DNA from: an uncultured bacterium
GTDB taxonomy: Bacteria; Omnitrophota; Omnitrophia; Omnitrophales; Aquincolibacteriaceae
NCBI GenBank assembly: GCA_964508905.1
Contig: CAZDVO010000002.1
Coordinates: forward strand, 46,330-110,329
Reading direction: 5' to 3'
DNA length: 64,000 bases
Part shown: piece by piece, positions 11,001-22,800 of the stretch
How positions within the stretch are numbered: the first letter of the stretch is position 1
How the letters are laid out: every line of letters starts with the position of its first letter
Made by a program: the position numbers and the translations under genes
The notes under the pieces: generated by a model
Seen by the model: only the letters and a program-made list of their open reading frames with translations
The model's database searches: none
Told to the model about the DNA's origin: nothing

Positions 11001-14000
11001 TCCGTCAAAGGGACCCCATCACGAAAGACCACTGTTTTCCCTTCGGCATATTTCACATCGATCCGTGTGCGAGCCAGCATGCTCTCGATCCCCGCAGCAT
11101 CATCCAGATCCAGCTTTTCATTCAAGGCCTTCTCAGCCACAGCTCGATTCAAAACACCAAGCTCAATGTGCTTATAGCCAAGCGCTTGGGCAAGCTTACG
11201 CGCCACAGTTCCCTTCCCCGTCGCCGAAGCCCCATCCATGGCAATCACCGTGGTTTTAAGCGGGTTCAGCTTAAGATCCAACTCCCGCGACTCAGAGCGA
11301 CCGACCATTTGACTGGCCGCCCTGACCTGGAGTTCGATCTCATTCCCCTGCCTCATGACAGGAATGCCGAAGAAATCCTTCTCCACACCGTCGGGCAAAC
11401 CGTCCAGTTCCCTTTTCACATCAGCTGTGCGCATGTCGTTCCGCCATCCCTCATTCATCATAGCCCGCAGCACCAAGGCACCGGCATCACGAATGGCTGC
11501 TTTTCTTAGTTCAGGCGCCTCTGATCTTACAAGGTCCGTTCGGATAGCAATGTCTCCGCTCCCAGAAATTTGAGATAACTGGGCAAGAAACTTCATAAAC
11601 TTCACGTACTGACGATAACCCCTTCCATGTTCGATCAAATAATTACAAATCCAGACGGTCCCGAGAATGATATCCAGATCATCTCGAAGGCTTTTGCGTA
11701 ACTGAGCCTCCTCGGCTCCGAACAATTGGCTAATAGTAGCTTTCAAAACCTTTATTTGAGTATGGTCTAAAAGAGGCGCTTGAAGATGCGGACGGGCCGC
11801 CATTTCAAGCCGGTATTCGTCATAGCGCTCCGTCAGCCCCTTCAACCCTTTTGGAGCCAGCCATGTCGTCATGGTTTCCAATTGATGAAGAGGCAACTTG
11901 TTATAACGATCATCGAGCGATGCCGCATCGGCCACAACATGCAGGACCAAGTACGGCATGAGCGTTCCGGAAGAAAGGTACCCTTTGTATCCCTTCGGAA
12001 CCTCGAGAAATTTTTTGGCGCGCAATTCTCCAAGATAAGTAGGGCCGGCCTCCATATGTTTCAATACGATCGCGGCTATCATTTCCTTTTCCTCTGCGGC
12101 CATCGGCAGAGGTGCTAGAAATTTACGAGCAATATCAGAACCTCTTTTTTCATGCCCCGTTCCATTCAGATCCTCAGAATATCCCGTATCATGGAATCGA
12201 ATCGCCAAACGAAGCGCCTGCTGTTCCTCAAGCGATAATTTGTCAAAGAAATCCTTCAACGCTTTTAAGCTCTTCCGATACCGCGCTTTGGTTGCATCCT
12301 TTGTTCCTTCAGGCATCCGTCCAAGGAAATAAGCGAAGTCCCCACGGGTAAGCGCTCTAAAATAGTTCTCCACCTGCACCATGTGTTGGGCGCGCCCCTC
12401 ATCGTCCTTGAGAATTTTCTGGTAGGCCGGGATGTCTTCGATGGCAATGATCTGCGATCCCGGATCCGCCTGCGCGGGCATCAGGCGCGATTGAGCTGAG
12501 TTTGTCGAGCGAGATTCGGAGCGACCACGCCCATTCGGTTTCGACATATGCTGAAGACTGATAAGAGCCAAAAGAACTCCGACCCCAACGCAAGCGTATG
12601 TCGCTGTGGGATTAGCATCAAAAAAAGCATGCAGGTCTCTGATCCAACCAATCTCATTTGCACTCACATGAGCAAGCAATGGGAGGGGCATAAAAGAGGG
12701 ATATCTCTCATTCCAATCTGCTTCGTCGTAAGCATGGTCCCTATCGCCACCTCTATACGCCGGTCCAGATGACCTACCCACCTCTCGCTCCAAGCGATCC
12801 GCTTCTTCCCGCTCAGCGCGTTCCATCTCTTCCCTCGCTATTCTTTTTTCATATTCCGCAAAGTCCTTCAGCGCCACTTCCGAACGAGGATCGCCCATTT
12901 TTCTTAATGCTTCCGCCGCAGCTCTTCCGGCATACTTGTACAACTCGTCCATCAGAGCCGACACCGCCCGAAGGTCCCCGATCACTCCCAACTGAGCAGC
13001 AACAGCCTTATTAAAATTGCTACCAAACCTCCGAATTCCAAGAGCTTCAATCAGCATGGGAACGGCCACAGCTCCTCGGACTCCCATCGCTTTCACTAAA
13101 TCTATAGCCAACGCATCGTTACGAGTAGTCTTTATAGCTTCAAGCAAGGCCTCCAAACTCGCCTCATCTGTCATCTGACTAAGCAAATGAACGGCGAGAG
13201 AGCGATTGCCGAGTCCGCCATGCAAAACCTCAGACAGCACGGGAATTGCTCTGGGGTCCTTCAGCTCACCCAAAGCAATCGCCACGAAATAACGAAAATC
13301 CCATCGTTGATCTTTTAACGTAGCATCAAGCGCAGAGGCAAAATGTTCTTTGAGTTCCCTCAGAGATTTTTTTGCTAAAGATTTGCGATCGCGTCCATAA
13401 TTATTAAACCTACCATCCCACCACTTGGGCTGGAGATCACTCAACACCTTCCGGAATTGTTTTTCCTGCTCGAGCGTCAGGCGGGCTTGCCCTGAGTCTG
13501 TCGAACGGGACTCAGAACGCAAACTCTTCCTCGACTTGATTGCTTCCAAAGATTCAGCCGCTTGTTTCGAGATCTCCTGGCTTCGATAAGTCACAGCATC
13601 ATTCAACAATTGTTCCACCGCGGGGGAATCGAATTCGGCTAAAGCGCTAACAATCAAAGCCTTTGTTCCCGCGGAGATCGGTTCGCGAGCAAGACCCGTT
13701 TTGTAAGCGTCATCGTAAAAGGCTCCAATCAAGGCTCTGAATGATTTCAAACTGCCGGCTTTAGCATACGCGGCCAGTTGTTCCACCGCCCGAGCACAAA
13801 CAGAAGGATCTTCGTCCCTCATAAGAGCCCGCAAACTCCGCAGAGCCTCAGCACCCACTTCAAAACGAGTCGGCTGGGGTCGCCTTAAAGAATTTACGGC
13901 ATAAAGAAAACACGTGATCATGCCGGCGAGGGCAAAGATCAACACAGCTGTTTGATGATCCTTTATGAAGAGAGAGAGAGGCTCGTTCCCGGCAACAGCA

Positions 14001-16518
14001 AGAAGCGAAAGAGGAATGAAGGAATTATGGCTCTCCCATTCGGCTCTATCGTAAGCATAGTCCCTGTCGCCGCCTCGATACGCCCCGGGGAAGGACCTGA
14101 GCCCCCTCGCCGATTGACGACGAGCGCCGAGAACCACAGGAAGAACGAAAATACCCACAAACGCGCTAATACCTAGCACGCGACCACCATATACGGCGAA
14201 AAAATAGTGCATCTTACTGATTCTATACAATGCCTTTGCCGCAGCCTCGGAATCATAGCCGAAACCACGCCGAAATATTGCTCTAAGCCTGGGGATCGCG
14301 GATGAATCATTAATTTCACTACTTTCGCCACGATCCACAAGACATTCGAAAGCTCTGTAAAACATTGGCCACTCTTGGCTATAAAATGCTGATTTTAAAG
14401 CGATAGTTACGGAGCGATCAGGGATCTCACGAAGTGCCTCCTGAGCATAAAAAAAAGATTTCGACCCCGACAAGGCGTTAATCAATTCAGGCACAGCCGC
14501 AGGGTCCCTTACTGCCCCCAGGGCATTTTGGGCAGAATACCTTACCGAAACAGGCTCGCTCTCATCATTACAAATTCTCACCAACGCGGGAATCCGCGAA
14601 ATTTCATCTATTGCTTTTCCACGCAACGGGATCATCCCCATCACCGCCGCGAGCATTAACTTTGCCGCGATAACACTACGCCTTCTAGGATTGATTTCTT
14701 CCTTATCCGTTCGCCGCGCTTCAGCACGAGCCACAGAGGACGTCGATGCAGGCGTCGGCGAACCAAAAGTAGAGGTAGTTACAGACTTAGAAAGGGACGG
14801 ACGGAGTGAGGCCTTTTCAGAATGGATCAGGCCGGAGATAAGGCCGCGAATCTCGGAACGCCAGGCTCGGGTTTGATCCTGGCCCGTGACGACAATACGA
14901 TCGCTAATCGGATTCATACCCAGGAGCGGAACGGCCTGGGAGGTCGCAAAGTCCCGCGACCCCATCATGGCCTTGAGATAAATATCATGGTCGCGTTTCG
15001 AAACTTCATTGATGCGCGGGGTGATCTGGAGATAGGAACAATGCTTGGACACCGCAAGCTTCTTGAGGCCGTCGGTGTGGAAACCGCCTGTCACGATCAC
15101 GGCGCGATCCTTCTTTTCCAGGTTCATGCGTTTGAGAGCATTCGCAAACATCTTGTTTTCACGAGCTACAGCCACAGCATAAAATTGTATTGCCTGCTCG
15201 TAAATCGGCTTAACCTTCTCAACTTCCGAGGAGAGACTGCGTCCCACCGGGGAAGTTCCTGAGGCGCATAGCTCTTCGTACTCAGCGCGAGTTAATTCGA
15301 GTGAAAATAATCGGCGTAGCAGATAAAGCTCCCGCGACTTCGAAAGATATTCTTTTTCATCCGCGGTCCTAGCCAAAACCGTCAGGAGCTTCTCTTTCAA
15401 ACGAACCGTCTCCTCCTGCAGGCCCTTCCCCTCCATCTCCTGCATCAAAATGATGTATTGAGCATACCGCATCCAATTTGGCCACGGGGCCATGGAAAAG
15501 TCTTTGGAGAGTTTATTGAAAACAAGATCAAAGGCGCGGCGCATCATGGAATAACCATCCGTCGTCCGGCTGACAGTCTTCAGCAGGTCTGTTTCGGGGG
15601 CTTGCAGGAGGGTTTTGAAGGCATCGAGAATCTCTTTGGAAACCTTGCGCCGGCCAAGCTCTGATAAAAACGCATCGGCTTCGCGGCGGGCTTTTTCACG
15701 GTCGATCTTGGAGCCGATGGCCTGTAAACGGAAATAGCGTATCAGGAAAGGATATGAGTCCTGATAAAAGGCGTCTGAAAGGTCGGTCTTAAGATGCTTG
15801 CGGCTTCCTTCACCCAAAGCCTTGATCCAGCTTTCAAAGGAAACGGTCCCCACCCCCAACGCTTCCTCTTGTCGAACGAGATTCAGGAGGTCTTTATTCA
15901 GCTTCGATGAAAAACGCCGGTCGAGCGCGGCCCTCAACGAACCCAGGAATTTCTCCGCGGTCTTTTCTTTTTTCACAACGCTGATAAACGCATCACGATC
16001 CTTCTTATAGGCATCAAGGTCTTCAATCCCCCACCCTTCGGTTTTGTCCGTCGACTCGATCAAAAAGGACTCAGGCCCGGTAAGATAGCCTTCTTGCATA
16101 AGCTTGTCCGTGACCTTCTTATTGAAATCGGGGTGTTTCGGGAAAAGGCGAAAGAGCTCGGGCTGAAGCTTATTCCCCGCGCCTTCAAGGAGGAGCAACT
16201 TCACGGACGAGTTTTTTTCGATATAGCCAAGAAGCTTTTCGATATTCTTCTCGGCCTGATAATTCCCGTGCGCGGACTGGATATGAATGAATGTGGGGGC
16301 CAGAGGATCCCCCATCATGGTATCGGTCACCTGCCCGAGCTCCGTCGGGATTGCAAGGGAGGCGGCGTTGAGCGCGGACACCTCGGCACGTCCGGCCAAG
16401 GATTGCGGCTGGAGCGTGGACACACTGATCCCTTGGGCAGGAGCGCCCCAGCTGATCTGCGTCGAGACGAAACAAAAAATTGTCACAAGGCTGATCGCTT
16501 TAAGCGTTTTGCTGAAGG
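8024..16518 (-). CDS. Giant multidomain membrane protein (~2,830 aa): N-terminal module paralogous to the 10,119-aa neighbour, HEAT repeats, TM helices, HD-domain-like, cytidylate-kinase-like and DUF218/YdcF-like domains
   Basis: The ORF track gives 8024..16588 with a non-ATG start. The likely true start is the ATG at 16518, with RBS AAAGGAG 10 nt upstream (rc of 16519-16540), giving MRSFSKTLKAISLVTIFCFVSTQISWGAPAQG, a signal/anchor sequence. Domain motifs seen: VIAMDGASATGKGTVARKLAQALGYKHIELGVLNRAV (Cmk P-loop); LAIRFHDTGY...GHEKRGSDIARKFL...LKHMEAG...HVVADAASLDD (HD-like); LLVIFGSPDSEAV...SGRFG...GESVRAEALVMKDALVRAGVPAEAIWVEKASQGMTDNG (DUF218); multiple PRAIPxL HEAT-like units; hydrophobic helices. 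Confidence 0.85.
9650..9760 (-). repeat. Intragenic ~105-bp DNA repeat, copy A (encodes ...QARLTPEQEKQFQKAISDLQPKWCDH...)
   Basis: ccacttgggctgaagatccgatatggctttctggaattgtttttcttgctcgggcgtcaggcgggcttgccctgagtttgccgaacgggattctgagcgggact is ~85% identical to 13430-13535. A weaker third copy lies at 12481-12545. Confidence 0.7.
10050..10560 (-). other. DUF218 (YdcF/ElyC/SanA-like) domain
   Basis: LLVIFGSPDSEAVAQEAAKIFFAHKMSRVIVSGRFG...GESVRAEALVMKDALVRAGVPAEAIWVEKASQGMTDNGVFSVDILKR fits the DUF218 pattern (vvLGg..., iivSGG..., sEAevM..yL...GVP...I..E..S.nT.eNa). Confidence 0.5.
10640..11270 (-). other. Cytidylate kinase (Cmk)-like P-loop NMP kinase domain embedded in giant protein
   Basis: TTVIAMDGASATGKGTVARKLAQALGYKHIELGVLNRAVA...RIDVKYAEGKTVVFRDG...ALVSRHSAVLRWV...NMVIEGRNVGADVFPDTPYKFFLTADPDVRAKRR matches the Cmk consensus (IAIDGPAGSGKGTVAK...YLDSGAMYRA...). 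P-loop DNA at ~11190-11250. Confidence 0.6.
11800..12300 (-). other. HD-domain-like (metal-dependent phosphohydrolase) segment
   Basis: H...HD...H...D spacing: RFHDTGY, GHEKRGSDIARKF, LKHMEAG, HVVADAASLDD. The DNA for FHDTG is at ~12185-12200. Confidence 0.4.
13420..13535 (-). repeat. Intragenic ~105-bp DNA repeat, copy B (encodes SRSESRSTDSGQARLTLEQEKQFRKVLSDLQPKWWDG)
   Basis: Direct DNA-level similarity to 9650-9760, read off the sequence. A second repeat family lies at 12690-12790 and 14025-14110 (tcgtaagcatRgtccctRtcgccRcctcKatacgcc), encoding AYRGGDRD(H/Y)AYD.A.W followed by a TM helix. Confidence 0.7.
14900..16518 (-). other. Conserved N-terminal ~540-aa module shared with the 10,119-aa protein (possible TraB/GumN-like fold)
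   Basis: TFIHIQSAHGNYQAEKNIEKLLGYI...VKLLLLEGAGNKLQPELF...KVTDKLMQEGYLTGPESFLI and DRAVIVTGGFHTDGLKKLAVSKHCSYLQITPRI align with IILHVQDAHINEEAQRNIANILRYF...LGLVSLEGASGELNTDLF...VADYFLREGRLTGPEYLAV and LSAIVTGGFHTPGIEKYLQEKGLSYIVVAPRI of the larger protein. Confidence 0.6.
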
Positions 16519-16588
16519 ATCTCATATCCGTTTTTCTCCTTTGATCGTCCATGTTTTTAAAACTAAAACACCGGGATTGCCGTCCCAA

Positions 16589-16870
16589 AACGTCTTTTTA
16601 AAAAAGCTCTAAAACCGCCCGAAAGTTAACTGCTGTATGGGAATAAATCAAGGGGAGGAATGAAATAAATCCTTTGTAAATCTTTTGAAGGGCGAGGGAT
16701 ATCTCACCTCAGGCGATGCGGATAGAACTGGGCCCGGGTGTACGATTTTCATCATTAAGCAATTTATAGCAACATCACAATCCGTAAGACGAAAAGATAT
16801 ACGGCATTCGGCACAAGCAAACCGGCCGGCTCAGCGCAAAATATGCCAGCTGAGCAAGAAACAAAGGTCG
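16589..16870 (-). promoter_or_regulatory. Intergenic region between the two giant genes (leader/promoter of the 2,830-aa gene)
   Basis: ~350 bp of non-coding sequence between TAA (16871-16873) of the upstream giant ORF and the ATG at 16518. Contains the RBS and the AT-rich segment 16560-16700. Confidence 0.35.
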
Positions 16871-19800
16871 TTATGCCGCGATGGCGATGGAACGGGCAGC
16901 CTCGATAGCGGCCTCCACGACTTGGAGCGCCGTTAACGTCCGGGCAATACCCGCGATCTCACGATCCGTGACCACCACGATCTCCAGACCCAAGGAACCA
17001 GCCAGCAATTCGCCATAAGTCTTGGCATCCAGTTGCGAGGCGCCACTGATCCTCGTCGCAGTCGCGCGCGAGAGGTTACGGCCAGCCTGCTTCAAGCCGG
17101 CATCAAAGGCTTCTTCGATCGACGCGATAACGACCGCGCACTTGGTCATATCAAAGCCATATTGCGTCAAGAACGCCTTGGCGGAGGCCTCGTCAGCTTC
17201 ATTCTTCACCGCGATCGAGAGGTAGATATTGTCAGTCGATTTAAGCGATTTCGCGAAGGACTCAAGGCCCGCCTGATTGAATCCGTCCTGGAAGACATAT
17301 TTCGGAGCCTCAGCGCCCACGATCACGTCGGCATCAAGGCCCAAAGCCGCTTGCATCTTGGGTTCCGCCGCAAAATTCGAGATCACCTGCGTGAATTCGT
17401 TCTCGATCCCAAGAGCCTTCACGTGCTCCACCGTACGAGCGAGATCAAAACGCATCGCCTGCGAGGACGCAATACCCGCAACCATTCTCTGCGCCACAGG
17501 GCTCAACGCCGGCTTTTGCTGCCCAGCCATCTCCGGTGCGGGAGTTCCGAGCTTCTTTAATTCGTCCTCAATAGCCGCTTGGCGCGCCGCTTCAGCAGTC
17601 ACTGCAGGCCGCAACTCCGAGCGTTTCGTCTCAGTCTTCGCGGGAGCTTCAGTCTCGGTAGCAACCGGCAAAGGCGTGTAATCCGAGAGACGCTCCAACT
17701 CCGCCAAAAGCGCGGAAGCCTTGGGATGAATGACAAGCATCTTCGCGTTGGCCTCACGGATAGCTTTGGTCAGAGTTTCCCCTTCCGCCGGGACTTGCGC
17801 CAATTCACGGCCGGCCGACGCGGGATTCTTAACCGCACGAGCAAGCATGTCTCCAAGCCCCTTGATCTCATTGCCACGGTTCACATGAGGGTAGCCGGAA
17901 ATATCTTCAGGCAACCCCGCGAGATAGATCGCGTCAAGCATCAACTGCTCATCCGCCATTTTTTCAACATTCGGTTCATAAACCCTCAGCGCGGCGACCT
18001 GGAAATTTTCCGTTGAAGAACCCGTCTGCCACCAGAACGCCTGCGCCGTCGCCTTCACACGGGCGGTCAGCATGGGGCTTGTGACCATATAGATCCTCGG
18101 ATTTTCAACCGACGCGGGGATCTTCTCTCGGAGGATCTCCGCGGAATTCCGAAGATTGGCCTCCGTGTTCCGCGCGCGAGCTTCTTTCGTGATCATGCCG
18201 GCTGGAACACCTTCCGCCGTTAAAATATAAGCCATAATGTCCGCCTCGGTCTGCCACAGGGCGACCACATCCGAGGTTTCATTAAGCCCGTAATGCTCCA
18301 TAGCCGCCTTCCTAAGCGGAAGATAACCACGCCCTCGGCCACCCGTCACCACGATCGGCAACTGGGTCTTAAGAGCTTTCCACGTCGCGGCAAATCCTGT
18401 AAAAGTCCGCAGATCGGGGTTACCAAGGACTAAAAATCCATCGGCGGGCTTCGTTTGGAGATCATCCCCCTTCGAAAGATCATCCACCAGCTGCTGCATC
18501 TTCGGCACCATCACAGAACGAACGGCCGCGATCTCACGCGACTCAGAACGCCGCGTTCCGATCGCGGAAAGAATCGTTTGGGGAGCATTATCCTGCAATT
18601 CCGACCAACCGAGCGGAAACGTCTGGATCAGAGAAAGGGTTTCTTCTCCGGGCTTTTGCGTCGGTTTGAGATCGGCTCGCATGAGCTCCACCGAATTCAC
18701 AGCAACGGTACCGAATTCCGTATCCCGATTGGCGCGAACCTCGTCCATGAGCACCTTAAATTTTTCGCCGGTCACCGAATGCTGGAGCCGAAACAGTTTC
18801 GCATGGATAATGTGGCCGGATGATTTATCTTCGGCGTGGGGATTATCCGTAAAAGCTTGGTGCAACCCGGAACGAAGGCCGCCAAGATTTGACGGTTCAT
18901 CGACATAGCCTTGCGCGGTCACCGTACCATCTTTGGCGATCGTCAACCCTTTGTAGGTAACGCGGAACGGCATTATCCTGCCCGTTACCCCGCGGATCAC
19001 ATCCTGAATTTCGGCAGATTGATACGGCGCCATATCGATCACGCCGTTATACGTTGTGACAAAGGCAAAGATCGTGCTGTGAAGCTCACCCGTCCGGACG
19101 ACATCGGCATCAGTCAACTGAGCCGTTTGAATGATTCGTTCTGTCATCTTCCACAGATTATTCTGAACCGCGCCCTGCGGCACACGCATCAAGACAGGAA
19201 CTGTCGTCCCGTATCGCTGAGCGCCCTTTTCATCAAAATAATTTTTATGCGCCATGATCGCCGCCTCACTGATCGAACCCTGTGCTTCCGTTTCGGTAAA
19301 CATCCGGTCGTAATACCCCCTCAGCACCTTGGGATCCAACTCTGCCACCGTTTCCGCCAACCGCATCTCCGAGCGGGCGTTAAGCTGCACGTCTTTCCCC
19401 GGCGTCCTTGATTCAGAACGAGGTTGAACCATTTTGGGTTCACTAGTCTCGCTTTTTTTCACGTTCCCCTCGCCTGTCGAACCAATTCCATGCAGAGGCA
19501 CCGATGATTCCTTACCCGGCGCAACTGATTCTGGCACAACACGCGCTATCAGCATCAAAATGCCCGCGACTCCCGAAGCAATCGCGAAACCGATCCAGCC
19601 TCCAATCGAAAACCCGATCCCGCCAATCGCGGCGATTCTCGTAATCATCCTGATATATTTAGCCGATTGTTTTGAGCCAATAACAAGCCCCGCGACGATC
19701 ACAAAACCCACAATCGCCGCCACAACACTCCATCCAAGCACATGCCCCACAGCAGTAACAGGCACGAGAACCAAGACAGGCAAAGCAATCGAACCCAGAA

Positions 19801-22800
19801 GGTTTTTCAAAATCTTCTCCCTCTTTGCGGCTTCGATCTTTTGGAACACAACCATAAAACCAATGCCCCACGCCGGAAGATTTATCCCCGCCCATTTTCG
19901 TTTAATTTTTTCCTGATCAGCTTTCTTTTTCTCAGTCCGGACGGAAGCCACAAACGTTTTGATGTTCACCCCAAAAGCTTTCACAGCCGTGATCCTATCT
20001 TTTATCCATCCACGCAGTGTTACTTTTTCCTTTTTAGCAGCCAAAGCATTTTCGGGTTTGGCGACTTTTTGAGCCTCAGCCTTCAGCTTCGCTGCCGGCG
20101 CATAGAAAGTAAACCACCAAACCGCAAAGATCAGACTTAAAATAATCGCCAGAACCGTCCCGCCAAGCAGGAATGTCTGAACAAACATCAGCAGGGGCGC
20201 GTTCCCCTGTGCGAGCGGGCTCAACGGCCCCCGCATACCTTCCACAAGATTTCCTGAAGCCGCGACAAAAAAGCTATTCGCCATCACCTTCTCGAAGAAC
20301 ACCGAGAGCGCCATCTGCATCGCTACAGAATTAAAGAGAAAGATAGTGAAAACAATAGCCGCAACACCGAACAACCCAAGCGCGATCTTTACCGCACGAC
20401 GAGCACTTCCGACATCCCCCTCTTTTTGTTCAATCACCAGCCCAGTCGCCCAATTCACGAGCGGGGCGGCGACAAAGAAGAGCGCCATCACCGAAAACAG
20501 CATCAGCCAGAAAAGCGGAACGAACTGCACCAAAAACGGAAGGAACGCGCAAACCGCTATCAGCGCCACTGAATTCAGGATCAAATGGTTCATGTAGCTC
20601 CTGTACCATTCCAGTTCAAAAAGCGGCTTAGGATTATTCTTTTGGAATAGATTCCGATTCTTAAAAAAACTAAAATCTTTGACTAAACGCAAAGATGCAG
20701 GCGCAGTTTTTACGACGGCATATCCGTAGAACCTGAGCATCAGTCCAAATTTCTTCATAAGCCCAAGATCTTTACTCTTATATAATTCATTCGCGCCGAA
20801 CACTTCGAAGAACTTGAGTTTGGCATCCTGCATATTAGGAGCCTTGGAGCCGGCAATAGACTTCAGCAATTTCCCATCGACGATGTCCGCCTTGACACCG
20901 GGAATAATGAACACAAACAAAGCAACCAGAAACCCAACAGCTGCCCCCACCAATCCAACACCCCAGACGGAAATCACCGCAACCAATGAAAGCAACCCGA
21001 CCTTGAACATGATCCCAAACAGAACAGCCAAGAATGAAAAACCCACCATCAATCCACGTCGGACATAGGGATCCTGGAGGTTCTTTGAAAAATTCGGGGC
21101 CTTACTGAGGTCAATACCAGCCGGTGCGGGATCCGCCGTACCCACTTCGCCATACTTGATAAAATCGTGCCTGCGGACTTTCCGCTTGTACCAGTCAAAG
21201 ACATTCAACACACGATTCACGTAATTCGCGCCACTGATCACCTTTTCAGCCGCAATGATCGCCATATCGTAAAAAGCCTGCTCCAGGAACCGTCCTTTGA
21301 CTCGGAACCAGTTCCAGACAGTCAACGGTCTGAGGAAGTCAACTTTAAAACCAACAGGAGCCACAAGTCCGTTGAACAAAACACCCAGGAACGGCATACC
21401 GATCAAAAGCGAAAGAACGACCAAGGTCTGCACCATAGCCGCATACACGCCGACAACCCCGATGAACCCCGGAACAAACGCCGCGAGAGCCATGATAGCC
21501 AGCGTCGCGAACCACTTATGCCCGATATTCAGGCCGTCCCTCGGGAAAGAGTCAAAAAAGTCAGTCTGAGGTGTCAGGGCAAAAACGCCGCGCTCATACA
21601 GTTCATCGGTCGGCTCGTCATTGATGATCTGCCACTTGTCGGACTGCGGATTCTGCGCCGGCATGCTCGGCAACTTATCGTCGATGATACCTTCGCGACC
21701 GGCAACGAGCGCCAGCGCCGTCTTGACCCCGGGAAGCGGCGCTCCTGTCTCAGCCACATCATCCCAGATCTCTTTAGGCAATACCCGGATCGCGTCAGCA
21801 TCGAAGGGCCGCCCCTTGACTTCGCGATGAGCCGCGCGAGGATTATTCGCATGCTTCCGCTCGAGTTCCTCTTTTTGATCCTTCAGCTCTTCTTTATGCT
21901 CGGCCGCGTATTCAGCCTGCACATACGTGTCCGTAGGCGTATACGTCACCATCTCGTCTTCACCGTTATACTTCGAAGGCAATCCGCTGAACGCATGCAT
22001 CGCGTCTTCCAGATCTTCCTGCGTAAATATGCTGATCGTGGCGACCTTTGCATCGTCTTTTTTAGCACCGCACAACACACCAAGCAGCTTGCGATTAAGA
22101 AGCACCATCTCAAAGTCTTCGATCTTGAGATTTCCCGCTTTGAAGCCCTCAACTTTTCCCTTTTCTTCCGCAATCTTTTTCCTCAACTCTGTTTTATTCG
22201 TAACGCCGGCCCTACTCAGAAGTTTCATAAGCGTTTTGGGATCTTTTTCCTTCAGGATATTTTCAAGTTCCGTCACCGTCTTCGCCATCGCAGGTTCAAG
22301 AAGACGATCCAGGCTGCTCGTTTGACGCTTTTCGATGTACCCGTCGTACAATGCGGCCATGAGAGATCTGTTCAGAGCCTCCCACTCGGAATCGTTCAGA
22401 GCAGGGGTCGCCTTGTCAACTTTCGTGAGCTCGGCCTTCACGCCCTGCAGATCCGTATAACCCGCGGCAGCCATATCCTCCGCCTGCTTGATGGCATTCT
22501 CTTCCGCAACAATATCCCGCAGACCAACTACGGCATCCTGCGCCTTCGCCCGCTCCAGGAGACCTTTGACTTCCGGAGCGAGTCTGTCCGCGATCGCCGA
22601 ATCCTGAGCGAGGAACTTAACATAAAAAACCTTGAACTGATCCTTATCGTTCAGGATCTTAGTCACCGCATCCGCAAGTTTCTTACGGTCTACCCCGCTA
22701 AAATCCACCGCCCCCGCCGCGGTTCGCTTTATCCCAAGCGATGCCAGGATCGCGTTATTGACCTCTCCATTCGCCTGAAGGACGGCAAAAAGGGCAGGAA

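Noticed and set aside
8024-16588. Track start at 16588 (MGRQSRCFSFKNMDDQRRKTDMRSF...)
   Set aside because: Non-ATG start without RBS. The ATG at 16518 has AAAGGAG at optimal spacing and begins directly with the signal/anchor sequence.
16589-16870. The two giant ORFs being one gene interrupted by a frameshift or sequencing error
   Set aside because: The upstream ORF ends with a clean TAA. There follow ~350 bp of non-coding AT-rich sequence, a good RBS and a fresh signal/anchor peptide that restarts the same conserved N-terminal module. This is the signature of two tandem paralogous genes.
18440-19100. 2H phosphoesterase (LigT-like) domain in the C-terminal part of the giant protein (HSTI ... 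HIIH)
   Set aside because: The second motif does not match H-x-T/S-x and the spacing is atypical. Insufficient support.
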